DNA of 64,000 nucleotides from Candidatus Collierbacteria bacterium (lineage in GTDB: Bacteria > Patescibacteriota > Microgenomatia > UBA1400 > JACPES01): the NCBI GenBank assembly GCA_016183365.1, contig JACPES010000003.1, positions 105,467 through 169,466 on the forward strand, read 5' to 3'. Position numbers and translations under genes: made by a program. How positions within the stretch are numbered: the stretch's first letter is position 1; every line of letters starts with the position of its first letter. The notes beneath the pieces were generated by a model, which had not been told where the DNA came from, searched no databases, and was given only the letters and a program-made list of their open reading frames with translations. Shown here one piece after another: positions 54,606-64,000 of the stretch.

Positions 54606-56159
54606 ATGATAGAACTATCTAAACTAAAACAAATAACTAAGAATGGGTTAAATTACGTCAAGTCTGAACCAGGGATTATCGAGGCTCTCGTCTACGCTTC
54701 GGTAAACCACCGGACGGTGGGGCGGATTGTTTACACCACTCATTTACCGTGCAATGGCCTGGAAGAGCCAAAATCGGAAGAGGATTCGGGAATCGCCGTC
54801 GAGATTTGGTTTAAAAAAGGAAATAAAAAACTAATCGGGTTTGGCCACGAGCCCAACGATATTTCCTTGGCAGGGGTAAAAAAAGCTTTGGAGAAAGCCA
54901 AAAGGGACGCGGTGGAAGATCTGGATTTTGGCGGATTTTTAAAACCAGATAAAGATGTTTCCAAAATAAAAGAAACTTTTAACAGTAATAAACTGATGGA
55001 TGTTGATTTCAAAAAAGAGGCTGAATTATTGGCCAAATTGAGTTGGGAAGTTATCGAGGGTTCAATTGACGGATTGGAGCAATACGCCAAGAAGAAAGAT
55101 TTGTCTCCCAAAGAACTGGCTTTTATTTTAAACGGCGACAATTTCATTATCCGCGAGCGGATGGCCTTGGCTTCCACTAATGGAATCGAAGATTCTGACG
55201 AATCGACCGTATTTTTATCGTTTTTGACCGCGATGCTGGAAAAAGAAAATGCTAAAGGCTCAGCTTGGGGAAGTGAATCGGCGATTGATGAAGGATTCTC
55301 GACTTACGCAATTGGCAAGAAAGCGGCTTTGGCGGCGGTCAACGCGGTCGGGGGCAAAAGAATCGAGGGCAAAAAATATAGAGTGGTATTCGGGCCGCAG
55401 GCGGTGACGGAATTATTCGGAAATTTGCTTTTGCCAAACCTGAATTTAGGGATGATGGATTTCGGGGCCTCCATATTTACCGCTAAATACGGCCAAGAAG
55501 TGACTTCCCCGCTTTTAACTTTATATGATGACGCGACGCTTTTAGGCGGCGCCGGTAGCAAACGGATCACCTGCGAGGGTTGTTCGACCGGCAAAACGTT
55601 ATTGATTGAAAAGGGGAAACTTGTTGGGTTTTTATCAGATTTCAGAACTACCAGTAAAATGCTAAGAAAATCTAAAGAGTCGACTGCTAAACTAGGTGTT
55701 GATCCCCATGAGATCCGTCACGCCATCAGTCCCAGGAACGGATTTCGGTTTTCCGAAGGCGGCGGCCGGGTGGCGGCGGCATCGGTCGGAATCCACGCCA
55801 CCAATCTGGTGATTGAATCTCATCAGCCGATGACCGAAGGGGAAATTTTAAATAAAGTCGGGGACGGAATTTATATTGGCCGTTTGTGGTACACCTATCC
55901 GGTCGGGGGAATTTCTTCCGGGATTATTTCCGGGACCGCGATTGCCGATAATTACATTATCCGCAGAGGCAAATTGGCCGAGCCGATTTTGCCAAATACT
56001 TTAAGGATAGAAGATAATATCGGCGAGATGATAAAAAGGATTATCGGCATCGGCAACAATCAAATTCCGACCATCCTCTGGGCCTCCGACGAAATCACCC
56101 ACGCCCCCTGGGTAGCGATGGACAAGATCAATTTTGTGGAGATAAATAAGGGAGAGTAA
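54606..56159 (+). CDS. pmbA: TldD/PmbA family protein (second subunit)
   Basis: Paralogue of the upstream gene lacking the HExxxH motif. Confidence 0.65.
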   Translation: MIELSKLKQITKNGLNYVKSEPGIIEALVYASVNHRTVGRIVYTTHLPCNGLEEPKSEEDSGIAVEIWFKKGNKKLIGFGHEPNDISLAGVKKALEKAKRDAVEDLDFGGFLKPDKDVSKIKETFNSNKLMDVDFKKEAELLAKLSWEVIEGSIDGLEQYAKKKDLSPKELAFILNGDNFIIRERMALASTNGIEDSDESTVFLSFLTAMLEKENAKGSAWGSESAIDEGFSTYAIGKKAALAAVNAVGGKRIEGKKYRVVFGPQAVTELFGNLLLPNLNLGMMDFGASIFTAKYGQEVTSPLLTLYDDATLLGGAGSKRITCEGCSTGKTLLIEKGKLVGFLSDFRTTSKMLRKSKESTAKLGVDPHEIRHAISPRNGFRFSEGGGRVAAASVGIHATNLVIESHQPMTEGEILNKVGDGIYIGRLWYTYPVGGISSGIISGTAIADNYIIRRGKLAEPILPNTLRIEDNIGEMIKRIIGIGNNQIPTILWASDEITHAPWVAMDKINFVEINKGE

Positions 56160-56507
56160 ATTTTTATTCGCGACTGCCGACCCGTCTGCAAGCGCCTATA
56201 GCGCTAGCGACTGGCGGGTAGGTCGGCACTGTGGAATAAAGCTCGTGAAATGTAAATAAAACCTTACGATCGTGAGAGAGTATTAACGTTATTCAGTTTT
56301 GGGTTTAAGTGAGCTTAAATCTTCTAATAGAACATTGGCGTAGCCGGTGGCGGCGAGAACCCGATCGATAAACTCGTTTGCTCAAGTAATTTCTGCCGCA
56401 GTCCGCAGTGAGGCCGGGGTGTCGTCGCCAAGTTGCATTTTCCAGATTACCGATTACTCCGTTCCACCATGCCCCCCCTTACTTTATATTGATTGTCCGG
56501 GTTATTG

Positions 56508-57272
56508 CTATGAATAACTTTTGCCGGAATTTCGTCTTTGACTAAATGCCGTATGGCAGCCAAGTGTTTTAAAAGATGGTAAGGACTTTTTAATGGATTG
56601 TATTTTTCTTCCGACATGAGGATATTTTACATCTAGAGATTTTTTTATTCTCGGTAGAGCTTTGGTGACGGCAATTTCGCGGTGGGTCAGGAATTTTTGC
56701 CTTTTTTCAACCGGCATTTGATGGACTTCGCCTAAAACCAATTTCCATTTGGGAATGTAAAATAGGGACTCAAACGGGACGCCTTCAATTCTTAAGGGAA
56801 TTGGTTTTTCCAAAATTTCTCCTTCTAAAATTCCGTCAAATGTCTCAATTCGGCAGTCCGGAGAGGACCGTCCTCCGAAAGCTAAAGTGATCACTGTCCG
56901 GAATCGGGCTCCCCGTTTTCTCTTTGGAACATTTTTCATTTTGTAAAGGCAATAGTCGATCGCCTCCTGATCCGTCATTCTGGTTTTTCCGTCGCGCCAG
57001 CGGCGGGCGTGAATTCCTGGTTCGCCGTTTAAAGCTTCAATTTCCAGTCCGGTATCGTCGGCCATAACCGCATAATTTTCTGCGGCCTTAAAATAAGCTT
57101 TGGCCTTGATGGCTGAATTTTCTTCCAGAGTCGATCCGGCTTCTTCAACTTCAATATCCAGCCCCAAATCTTTTAGGGATACCATTTTTATTCCGTAAGC
57201 CTTAAGAAGTCTGTCAACTTCAAATATTTTTCCCGGATTGGTGGTGGCGTAGAGAATTGTTTTAGAAAACAT
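56508..57272 (-). CDS. rdgB: Non-canonical purine NTP pyrophosphatase (RdgB/Ham1 family) with an unusual C-terminal extension
   Basis: ATTNPGKIFE and a conserved D/E pocket. Flanked by 29-nt direct repeats. Confidence 0.7.
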   Translation of the reverse strand: MFSKTILYATTNPGKIFEVDRLLKAYGIKMVSLKDLGLDIEVEEAGSTLEENSAIKAKAYFKAAENYAVMADDTGLEIEALNGEPGIHARRWRDGKTRMTDQEAIDYCLYKMKNVPKRKRGARFRTVITLAFGGRSSPDCRIETFDGILEGEILEKPIPLRIEGVPFESLFYIPKWKLVLGEVHQMPVEKRQKFLTHREIAVTKALPRIKKSLDVKYPHVGRKIQSIKKSLPSFKTLGCHTAFSQRRNSGKSYS

Positions 57273-57389
57273 AAAAGAATATTATCATTTAAATTCTTTA
57301 TTCCAGACTGTCGATCGGCATCATGGAATAAAGCTCGTGAAATCAAAAAATACATTGAACACTTTTAAGTATTCTGTTAGAGTGGCTTA

Positions 57390-58925
57390 ATGTTAGCCAG
57401 GGTTTTTTCCGGCGCGAATGTCGGTCTGGATAGCTTGGTGGTTGAAGTTGAAGTTGACGTCTCCGAGCATGGTCTGCCTCATTTTGACATTGTCGGTTTG
57501 CCTTCGCAAGCGGTCAAAGAAAGCAAACAAAGGGTTTGGGCGGCTTTAAAAAACAGCGGAATTAAAAATCCGGCCCGGCGGATAACCATTAATTTGGCTC
57601 CGGCCGATCTGCCCAAAGACGGTCCGGCTTACGATCTGCCGATTGCCGTCGGAATCATGCTGGCGTTTAATCAAATTAATTTTGATTCCAGTCAGGCCAT
57701 GTTTTTTGGCGAATTATCTTTGGACGGTTCTTTGCGGCATACTTCGGGAGCCTTACCGTTGGCGCTTTTGGCCAAAGGTCACGGGTTTAAACAGGTGTTT
57801 TTACCAAAAGCCAATGCTAAAGAGGCGGCGGTGGTGGCCGGGATTGAAACCATGCCGGCGGTTTCGATTCAACAATTAATCGGTCATTTTTCAGGGATAG
57901 AAAGTTTAAAAATTTCTCCGCATCCGCCGATTGATTTCGGCCGGATTTTATCCGAACCGACAGCGGAATTTGATATGAGTGAAGTCCGCGGGCAAGAGGA
58001 AGCCAAAGAGGCGGTAAAAATTGCCGCGGCCGGAGGCCATAACGTCTTTTTACAAGGGCCGCCGGGGTCCGGGAAAACCATGTTGGCCCGAGCCATGCCG
58101 TCAATATTGCCGGATTTAACCCAAGACGAAGCCTTGGAAGTTACCAAGATTTATTCGATTTGCGGTTTGGTGCCGGAAGGGGAATCTATCATTAAACTTA
58201 GGCCGTTTCGATCTCCTCACCATACCACCAGCAGGGTGGGCTTAATCGGCGGCGGAACCCATCCCCGGCCCGGAGAAATATCCTTGTCTCACCGCGGAGT
58301 TTTGTTTCTGGATGAATTTCCGGAATTTCCCCGGAATGTTTTGGAGGCCTTGCGCCAGCCATTAGAAGACGGGGTGGTGACAGTTAGCCGGGCGGTGGGG
58401 ACCTGGACTTATCCGGCCAATTTTGTTTTAGTGGCGGCGGCCAATCCCTGTCCCTGTGGTAATTACGGCAGCCGCTGGAAACCCTGCATCTGTCCCCCGG
58501 CAGGAGTGGAAAGATATCGTAAAAGAGTTTCAGGTCCTATTTTAGACAGAATTGATTTACATGTTTCCGTCAAAGAAGTCCGACCGACTGATTTGGAGAA
58601 TTTGTCGTCCGGCGAAACCTCTTTAGTTATCCGCCAGAAAGTTCAAGCAGCCAGAGAACGCCAGACTTTAAGATTTAAGGGGACTAAAATTGTTTGCAAC
58701 GCGGATATGGGGACAAAAGCGGTCAAAACTTTTTGCCGGTTGTCAGCCGAATGCAGTGAGTTGGTAACCAAATTATCTTTGCATTACCGGCTGTCGGCCA
58801 GAGCCCACGTCAAATTAATTAAAGTCGGGAGAACCATCGCGGATTTAGTTGGCGACGATAATATTTTGCCGACTCATTTATTGCAGGCCGTCAGATTCCG
58901 CCAAACCGGGACTATTCCCGCTTAA
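57390..58925 (+). CDS. comM: Mg-chelatase-like AAA+ ATPase YifB/ComM
   Basis: Lon-like N-terminal domain, Walker [10 protein letters not shown]-terminal zinc-ribbon-like region. Confidence 0.85.
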   Translation: MLARVFSGANVGLDSLVVEVEVDVSEHGLPHFDIVGLPSQAVKESKQRVWAALKNSGIKNPARRITINLAPADLPKDGPAYDLPIAVGIMLAFNQINFDSSQAMFFGELSLDGSLRHTSGALPLALLAKGHGFKQVFLPKANAKEAAVVAGIETMPAVSIQQLIGHFSGIESLKISPHPPIDFGRILSEPTAEFDMSEVRGQEEAKEAVKIAAAGGHNVFLQGPPGSGKTMLARAMPSILPDLTQDEALEVTKIYSICGLVPEGESIIKLRPFRSPHHTTSRVGLIGGGTHPRPGEISLSHRGVLFLDEFPEFPRNVLEALRQPLEDGVVTVSRAVGTWTYPANFVLVAAANPCPCGNYGSRWKPCICPPAGVERYRKRVSGPILDRIDLHVSVKEVRPTDLENLSSGETSLVIRQKVQAARERQTLRFKGTKIVCNADMGTKAVKTFCRLSAECSELVTKLSLHYRLSARAHVKLIKVGRTIADLVGDDNILPTHLLQAVRFRQTGTIPA

Positions 58926-59622
58926 GATCTTTTTTGACTCCGTTGTACCATTCTGTTAAAATTTCTTTAACCACATCTTTGCTTCCTAAACCTAAGGCCA
59001 ATCCTAACCCCAGCGAGAGCATGGCAATAGTTCCGGTAATCAGAGTGTTGATAAAATTGGCGGCGATCCCTAATTCTGAAATCGCGGCTAAAGTCGCGAA
59101 AATCATCACGATCCAACTGGCTAGTTTCCCTAAAAATCGGGAAAAGGAAACGGCGACGGAACCGACCGCGCCTTTTACTAAACTCTCGACTAATCCGGCC
59201 AAAAGGACTCCGGCCAATAAAACTATAGCGGCCGAAAAAACCTTAGGCATATAACCCAAGATATTATTTAAAACTTGGGATACGGTAGATAGTCCCAGAA
59301 TGTTGACCGCGGCGATAAAGAAAATAAAAATAGTCAGCCATCTGACAGTACTGCCCAGGATATCCTCTATTTTTCCCATGATTTCGGCCTTTTTTAGAAA
59401 CGAGTCCACTGCTGTTCCGGAAATCAGGGCGTTTAATTTAACCGCGCCTAAAACTTTAGACACTAAAAATTTAAGCCAAGCCCCGACTAACCAGCCGATG
59501 ATTAAGATTAAGATCGCCCCTAAAAAGTTTGGGATAAATATCGCCAGTCGGCTTAAAACAGAAGAACCGGCAACTATGATGGCGTCCTGCCAATTAGAAA
59601 TATTTTCAGGCATTTTTATCAC
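58912..59622 (-). CDS. Conserved-TM-helix-repeat membrane protein (mechanosensitive-channel-related family)
   Basis: Repeated TM helices with a G-rich periodicity. Confidence 0.4.
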   Translation of the reverse strand: MIKMPENISNWQDAIIVAGSSVLSRLAIFIPNFLGAILILIIGWLVGAWLKFLVSKVLGAVKLNALISGTAVDSFLKKAEIMGKIEDILGSTVRWLTIFIFFIAAVNILGLSTVSQVLNNILGYMPKVFSAAIVLLAGVLLAGLVESLVKGAVGSVAVSFSRFLGKLASWIVMIFATLAAISELGIAANFINTLITGTIAMLSLGLGLALGLGSKDVVKEILTEWYNGVKKDLKRE

Positions 59623-60059
59623 CCCCCGTCTGTCTAATTTAGATTATATACCCCTTCACTTTCAAAAATTGCAGGGGTATATGCCCAACGAAGCTTTGAT
59701 TTCTCTCCTGCTTTCGGTTGATAGATAAAACGATAGGTTTATTTTGAAAGCTACGGCAGTGCGCCGCCAAAGCTTTGAGCGACGAGGCGTAGGCATATTC
59801 CAAAACTAAGATTATCTATGGGAAACTCATGGTCGGGGTGGCCGGTACTGCCCCGGCTGCCTCGCGAACCCCATTCGCGCGTTCTGCTATTTGAACTACA
59901 CCCCGATTCCTACTGTTCATATTCTACCCCGCCTTCGCAAAAAAGCCATTGGTTTGATTACGGGGAATTGCGTTTCGGCGGGATGTCGTGTTATTTAAGG
60001 CGTGTCGCTAAGCGCCACGTGTTTTAAGCATAGGACTTCACCAGCAGAGGTGCTACAAT

Positions 60060-62198
60060 TTGGAAGCTATGGGAAGAAGACGCGGGCGGCGGCGGACGCC
60101 ATTCAAATTGGACATTAAAAAAGATACCGTTCTGTCGTTATCTTCATTGCTCATGTTTTTGTGCGGGATATTAATAATGGTCAGTTTTACCCGCCAAACG
60201 ACAGTATTCTCGAGATTAAACACGGATCTGATGAAATATTTGGGTTGGACGGCGTTTGCTTCACCCTTCATCTTTTTTTCTGCCGGTTTAATGTTAACCA
60301 GATTGAAGTGGCGGATCGCCAGCCCCAATCTTTTTTTGGGGAGTTTACTTTTAATGGTTTCCCTAGCGGCTTTGACTAAAGCTGGCAAGATCGGAGTTTT
60401 TGGTTGGGAAAATGTGGCCGTAGTCTTAACCGATTGGGGCAGCGGTATCCTATATACAGTCGTGGTTTTGTTGGCAATAGTCATAATGACTGAAGTCCAA
60501 TTAGACGAGATCTTAATGATTATGGCGGCCATAGTTAATAAAATAAAAATGATATTCGGTTGGTTTTTCAAAAAAAGAGATCGGTCGTGGGAAACCGAAA
60601 ACCCGATAGAAAAGATTAAACTGGATGAGGATAAAAAGTCAGCGGAGGCCGAAAAGCCGACCGGTTCCTCCGATCAATCTTCTCCGGCTGACAACGGGAC
60701 TGAAGTTTTACCCTCTACTGCCCTAATGGCGCCGACTATTCCCGGATCTTCGCCGGTGGTTTGGGAATATCCGCCCTTATCTCTCTTGTCTGATGTTATG
60801 GGTGGCGAGGCCGACAGGGGAGATGTTAAAAAGAGCGCCGAGATTATAGAAAATACTTTGGATTCTTTCGGAATTCAGGCCCGGGTGGTTGACTTGAACC
60901 GCGGTCCGGCAGTGACCCAATATGCCCTGGAAATCGCCCAGGGGACGAAATTAACCAAGATTACTACTTTGCAAAACGATTTAGCTCTGGCTTTGGCGGC
61001 TCCGACAGGACAAATCAGGATCGAGGCTCCGATTCCGGGAAAAAGTTTGGTCGGGATAGAAATCCCTAACCGAACTCCGAAATTTGTGTCGATGAAAGAA
61101 ATGATGGCTTCGGAGGAAATGAAATCCGCTCACTCCAAATTATCTGTAGGTTTGGGTTTGGATGTTTCCGGCAAACCGATAATCGCGGATATCGAAAAAA
61201 TGCCCCACGTTCTGATTGCCGGTGCCACCGGGTCGGGAAAATCAGTGGCCATCAATTCGTTTTTGTGCAATATTTTATTCAGGGCCAGTCCGGAGGAGGT
61301 AAAGTTGATGATGGTTGACCCCAAGCGGGTGGAATTAACCGGCTATAACGGCATTCCGCATTTAATCGCTCCGGTAATAGTTGACCCCAAACAGGTGCTG
61401 TCTGCCTTGAAATGGGCATTAAACGAAATGGAGCAAAGATACAAGCAATTTGCCGAAGTAGGGGCCCGCAACATTCAGGTTTTCAATGAATTGTCTGGAT
61501 TTCAGGCCATGCCGTACATTTTGATTGTAGTCGATGAACTGGCAGATATCATGTTATACGCTCCGGGTGAAGTCGAAACCGCCATTACCAGATTGGCCCA
61601 GATGGCTCGGGCCACCGGAATCCATTTAATAGTTTCTACTCAAAGGCCGTCAACCGATGTCGTTACCGGTTTGATCAAGGCTAACATTCCTTGCCGTATA
61701 GCTTTCAATGTGGCTAGTATGGTTGATTCCAGGGTTATAATTGATATGCCGGGAGCGGAGAAATTATTAGGGAGGGGCGACATGTTGTATATTCCTCCGG
61801 ATCAGGCTAAACCCACCAGAATTCAGGGAACTTACGTTTCTAACAAAGAGATAGACGCTTTGATCAAATATCTTCGGGATCAGGGAGTGCGGCCGATATA
61901 CGACCAGGCGGTGACGGAAAAATATCCGTCAGGAAAGATGATCGTTGCCGCTGACGGAGAAGTCGGAGAATTAGACGAATTGGCTGTCGAGGCTTTGAAA
62001 GTAATGTTTACGGATAAAAGGGCTTCAGCGTCATTGTTCCAAAGACGGTTTAAAATTGGATACACCCGTGCCGCCAGAATTTTAGACCAATTTGAAAAAT
62101 TGCGGATTATCGGACCCGGATCGGGAGCTAAAGCCAGAGAATTGTTGGTTTCCAATATAGAGGAGGGTTTGACGCGCCTTAAGGGGATAGCTAAATAA
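60060..62198 (+). CDS. ftsK: DNA translocase FtsK/SpoIIIE
   Basis: N-terminal TM domain, Walker A GATGSGKSV, C-terminal winged-helix gamma domain. Confidence 0.9.
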   Translation: MEAMGRRRGRRRTPFKLDIKKDTVLSLSSLLMFLCGILIMVSFTRQTTVFSRLNTDLMKYLGWTAFASPFIFFSAGLMLTRLKWRIASPNLFLGSLLLMVSLAALTKAGKIGVFGWENVAVVLTDWGSGILYTVVVLLAIVIMTEVQLDEILMIMAAIVNKIKMIFGWFFKKRDRSWETENPIEKIKLDEDKKSAEAEKPTGSSDQSSPADNGTEVLPSTALMAPTIPGSSPVVWEYPPLSLLSDVMGGEADRGDVKKSAEIIENTLDSFGIQARVVDLNRGPAVTQYALEIAQGTKLTKITTLQNDLALALAAPTGQIRIEAPIPGKSLVGIEIPNRTPKFVSMKEMMASEEMKSAHSKLSVGLGLDVSGKPIIADIEKMPHVLIAGATGSGKSVAINSFLCNILFRASPEEVKLMMVDPKRVELTGYNGIPHLIAPVIVDPKQVLSALKWALNEMEQRYKQFAEVGARNIQVFNELSGFQAMPYILIVVDELADIMLYAPGEVETAITRLAQMARATGIHLIVSTQRPSTDVVTGLIKANIPCRIAFNVASMVDSRVIIDMPGAEKLLGRGDMLYIPPDQAKPTRIQGTYVSNKEIDALIKYLRDQGVRPIYDQAVTEKYPSGKMIVAADGEVGELDELAVEALKVMFTDKRASASLFQRRFKIGYTRAARILDQFEKLRIIGPGSGAKARELLVSNIEEGLTRLKGIAK

Positions 62199-62200
62199 AA

Positions 62201-62830
62201 GTGAAGACTGCCGGAGAAATTTTAAAAGCTGCCAGAAAAGAAAAAGGCTGGACGGTAATTGAGTTGTCGGGACGGACCAAAATCCAGGAAAGATTTATTA
62301 GGGCTTTGGAAAATTCCAATTTGGCAAAGTTGCCGGCCATGCCTTTCGTTAACGGATTTCTAAGGACTATTTCTGTAGAATTGGACCTAAAGCCGGAGGG
62401 AATGGCAGCGGTTTTCCGGCGGGATTTCGGGGAAGACGATGGGAGTAAAATTATCTCTAACGTGTTGGAAAAAAAAGACAAAGGTTTCAGGTGGGCGCCG
62501 TCAACTTCAATCGCGATTGGAATTATAGCCATGATATTGGTTTTCGGTTCTTACCTAATTATCCAGCTGAAAGGTCTATTGGGGGTGCCGACTTTAGAAA
62601 TTTTTCAGCCCCAAGATCAGGCTGTGGTCAGTTTGGAAATTGCGATTGAAGGCCGGACTGACCCCGGTGCTTCGGTTTCGATCAACGGCCAAAAGATTAA
62701 GAAAAATCGAAACGGGACTTTCAGCCAGATTGTTAATTTATCCGAAGGAGTCCAAACCATAACTATCAGTGCTACCGGTCAAAATGGTAAGACAACAACT
62801 ATCGATAGAACTGTTCAGGTAAAAAAGTGA
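62201..62830 (+). CDS. HTH-domain cytoskeleton-associated protein (RodZ-like)
   Basis: N-terminal HTH (KGWTVIELSGRTKIQERFIRALE), a single TM helix, C-terminal beta-rich domain. GTG start. Confidence 0.5.
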   Translation: MKTAGEILKAARKEKGWTVIELSGRTKIQERFIRALENSNLAKLPAMPFVNGFLRTISVELDLKPEGMAAVFRRDFGEDDGSKIISNVLEKKDKGFRWAPSTSIAIGIIAMILVFGSYLIIQLKGLLGVPTLEIFQPQDQAVVSLEIAIEGRTDPGASVSINGQKIKKNRNGTFSQIVNLSEGVQTITISATGQNGKTTTIDRTVQVKK

Positions 62831-63174
62831 TTGAAGTTGAACTTCGGGGACGGTTGACGGCTTCTGCACGCAAAAAAGTATTGGCGTATTGCCGAACGCG
62901 CGGGATATTTCTTGGAGAGTTTCATCAAATTGCCATTTTTTGTGATACCCAAAATGAACGATTGGGGAATTTTTACGATCCGAAAGTCAGAATCGCGCTT
63001 CAATTATCCTACGATATTCAAGATAAGAAAAGAACATTGCAGTTGAAAGTTAAAAACGGCCATTGGGCAAATCCCGGGCGGGAGGAATTAATAACAGACC
63101 AAGATCCTACGGGAACGTCATTTTTTGACTCATATCGCAATGCCGTTTCTTCTCTGTATCCCTTCTATTCTTGA
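62827..63174 (+). CDS. Hypothetical protein, possibly a truncated CYTH-like domain
   Basis: N-terminal MIEVELRGRL ... FYDPKVRIALQ resembles the CYTH start. 115 aa. Confidence 0.3.
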   Translation: MIEVELRGRLTASARKKVLAYCRTRGIFLGEFHQIAIFCDTQNERLGNFYDPKVRIALQLSYDIQDKKRTLQLKVKNGHWANPGREELITDQDPTGTSFFDSYRNAVSSLYPFYS

Positions 63175-63324
63175 TTGTTCAACAATTTCTTCCCGGCTTA
63201 GACCTTCAGAAGCTTTATTCATCAAAATCGTGCCTTCAGTAAAAACCAATATTTTCATAAGTTAAATCCTGATTAATTTTTCCAGCCAAGGAATATTATC
63301 ATTTTTTCTTTTCCACAGTTTTAC

Positions 63325-63350
63325 ACTTCAATTATTTAAATAATTGAAGT
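63325..63350. terminator. Family B perfect 26-bp palindrome acttcaattatttaaataattgaagt between convergent genes
   Basis: Inverted repeat read directly. Confidence 0.45.
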
Positions 63351-63504
63351 AAATGGATTCATAACATTGTAGCAAAGCGTTTTCTTTAATAATATCTAAC
63401 AACGAGAGAAACCGCCTGTGAATATATCCCATTGGTGGTGTGGGATTCTTTTATTAGATTGCTACGTCTCCCTTGACTTTTGCTCGGGATTCTCGCAATG
63501 ACAA

Positions 63505-64000
63505 CTATGAAACTTGTAGATAGATGAAAATCCATTGTTTAAGAGATATGTCTTTGGGTTTGGCGTTGAGATTAAGTTTAAGTTTTTGGGAAAGATTAAT
63601 TATTTGAAATGGGTTAAATTCCCGCCGTAGATTTTGGCGCATCCGCCTGCCGCCTCCGAATATATCTGTAACAAATTTCTGAAATTGCGGTTTTTCTGAT
63701 TCCGGAAGCAGCGGGCAAGGCAGTTTCAAAACTCTCAACATGACGCTTTCGACCTGTGGCTTTGGAATAAAATCACTGCGTTTGAATTTGTGGAAAATTT
63801 CAAAGTCAAACCACGGTTTATGCATTACCGCGAATAATCCGTTTTTAGGAATTCCGGATAGCCTTTTTGCCAATTCTTCTCTCATAATAAGATAACAATC
63901 TTCCGGCGGATTTGCAACATCGATTAATTTGCGGACAATTTTTCCCTCGATTGAAAACGGAATATTGGCGAAAACTTTATATGGTTCGTTTGGCAATGGG
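63505..64000 (-). CDS. rRNA adenine N6-methyltransferase family protein (KsgA/Erm-like), C-terminal part; 5' end lies outside the window
   Basis: VFANIPFSI (the family NIPY-I motif) at the start of the visible portion. Confidence 0.55.
   Translation of the reverse strand, partial: PLPNEPYKVFANIPFSIEGKIVRKLIDVANPPEDCYLIMREELAKRLSGIPKNGLFAVMHKPWFDFEIFHKFKRSDFIPKPQVESVMLRVLKLPCPLLPESEKPQFQKFVTDIFGGGRRMRQNLRREFNPFQIINLSQKLKLNLNAKPKDISLKQWIFIYLQVS

Noticed and set aside
60053-60571. 172-aa minus-strand ORF
   Set aside because: It is antisense to the well-supported ftsK N-terminus and has no RBS or motifs.

Overview
This 64-kb window looks like a chromosomal segment from a small, AT-rich genome resembling Candidate Phyla Radiation / Patescibacteria (an inference from gene content only). 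Mostly + strand housekeeping genes are interrupted by accessory islands.

Core genes: MraY/WecA-family C-terminus, a UbiA prenyltransferase, RNase P RNA, secD-secF, a sugar nucleotidyltransferase, rarA, uvrD/pcrA, tpiA, an LCP-family protein, gap, tRNA-Cys, recA-recX, RNase Y, HU, thpR, an ABC-2 transporter locus, nth, miaB-miaA, tldD-pmbA, rdgB, comM, ftsK, a RodZ-like protein and an rRNA adenine methyltransferase (partial).

Accessory content:
- An AT-rich island at about 9.5-15.4 kb holds a SEC-C protein, two NUDIX genes, a frameshifted NYN gene, a minimal nucleotidyltransferase and a HEPN-like protein.
- A Topo-type triple zinc-ribbon protein sits next to a Cas4-like PD-(D/E)XK nuclease.
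- A minimal type I CBASS operon (a cGAS/DncV-like nucleotidyltransferase (CD-NTase) plus a Cap15-like 2TM effector) abuts a truncated response-regulator remnant and is divergent from lexA.
- Next to it is a C-protein-controlled HNH restriction enzyme paired with a Dcm C5-methyltransferase and Vsr.
- The tRNA-Cys locus carries a GIY-YIG gene, a 5' tRNA-half-like sequence and two tandem 88-bp pseudo-tRNA repeats.

The most unusual signal is a family of short GC-rich double-hairpin elements (GTCTGTC-hp1-ATCCTGC-hp2). Copies appear at the tRNA-Cys locus and in frame inside uvrD. Further GC-rich or low-complexity in-frame inserts, which I only tentatively link to this family, sit in the LCP gene, miaB, nth and femAB, reminiscent of Rickettsia palindromic elements. 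There are also three families of dispersed perfect palindromes in intergenic regions and several frameshifted pseudogenes (NYN, SGNH hydrolase, DUF35).
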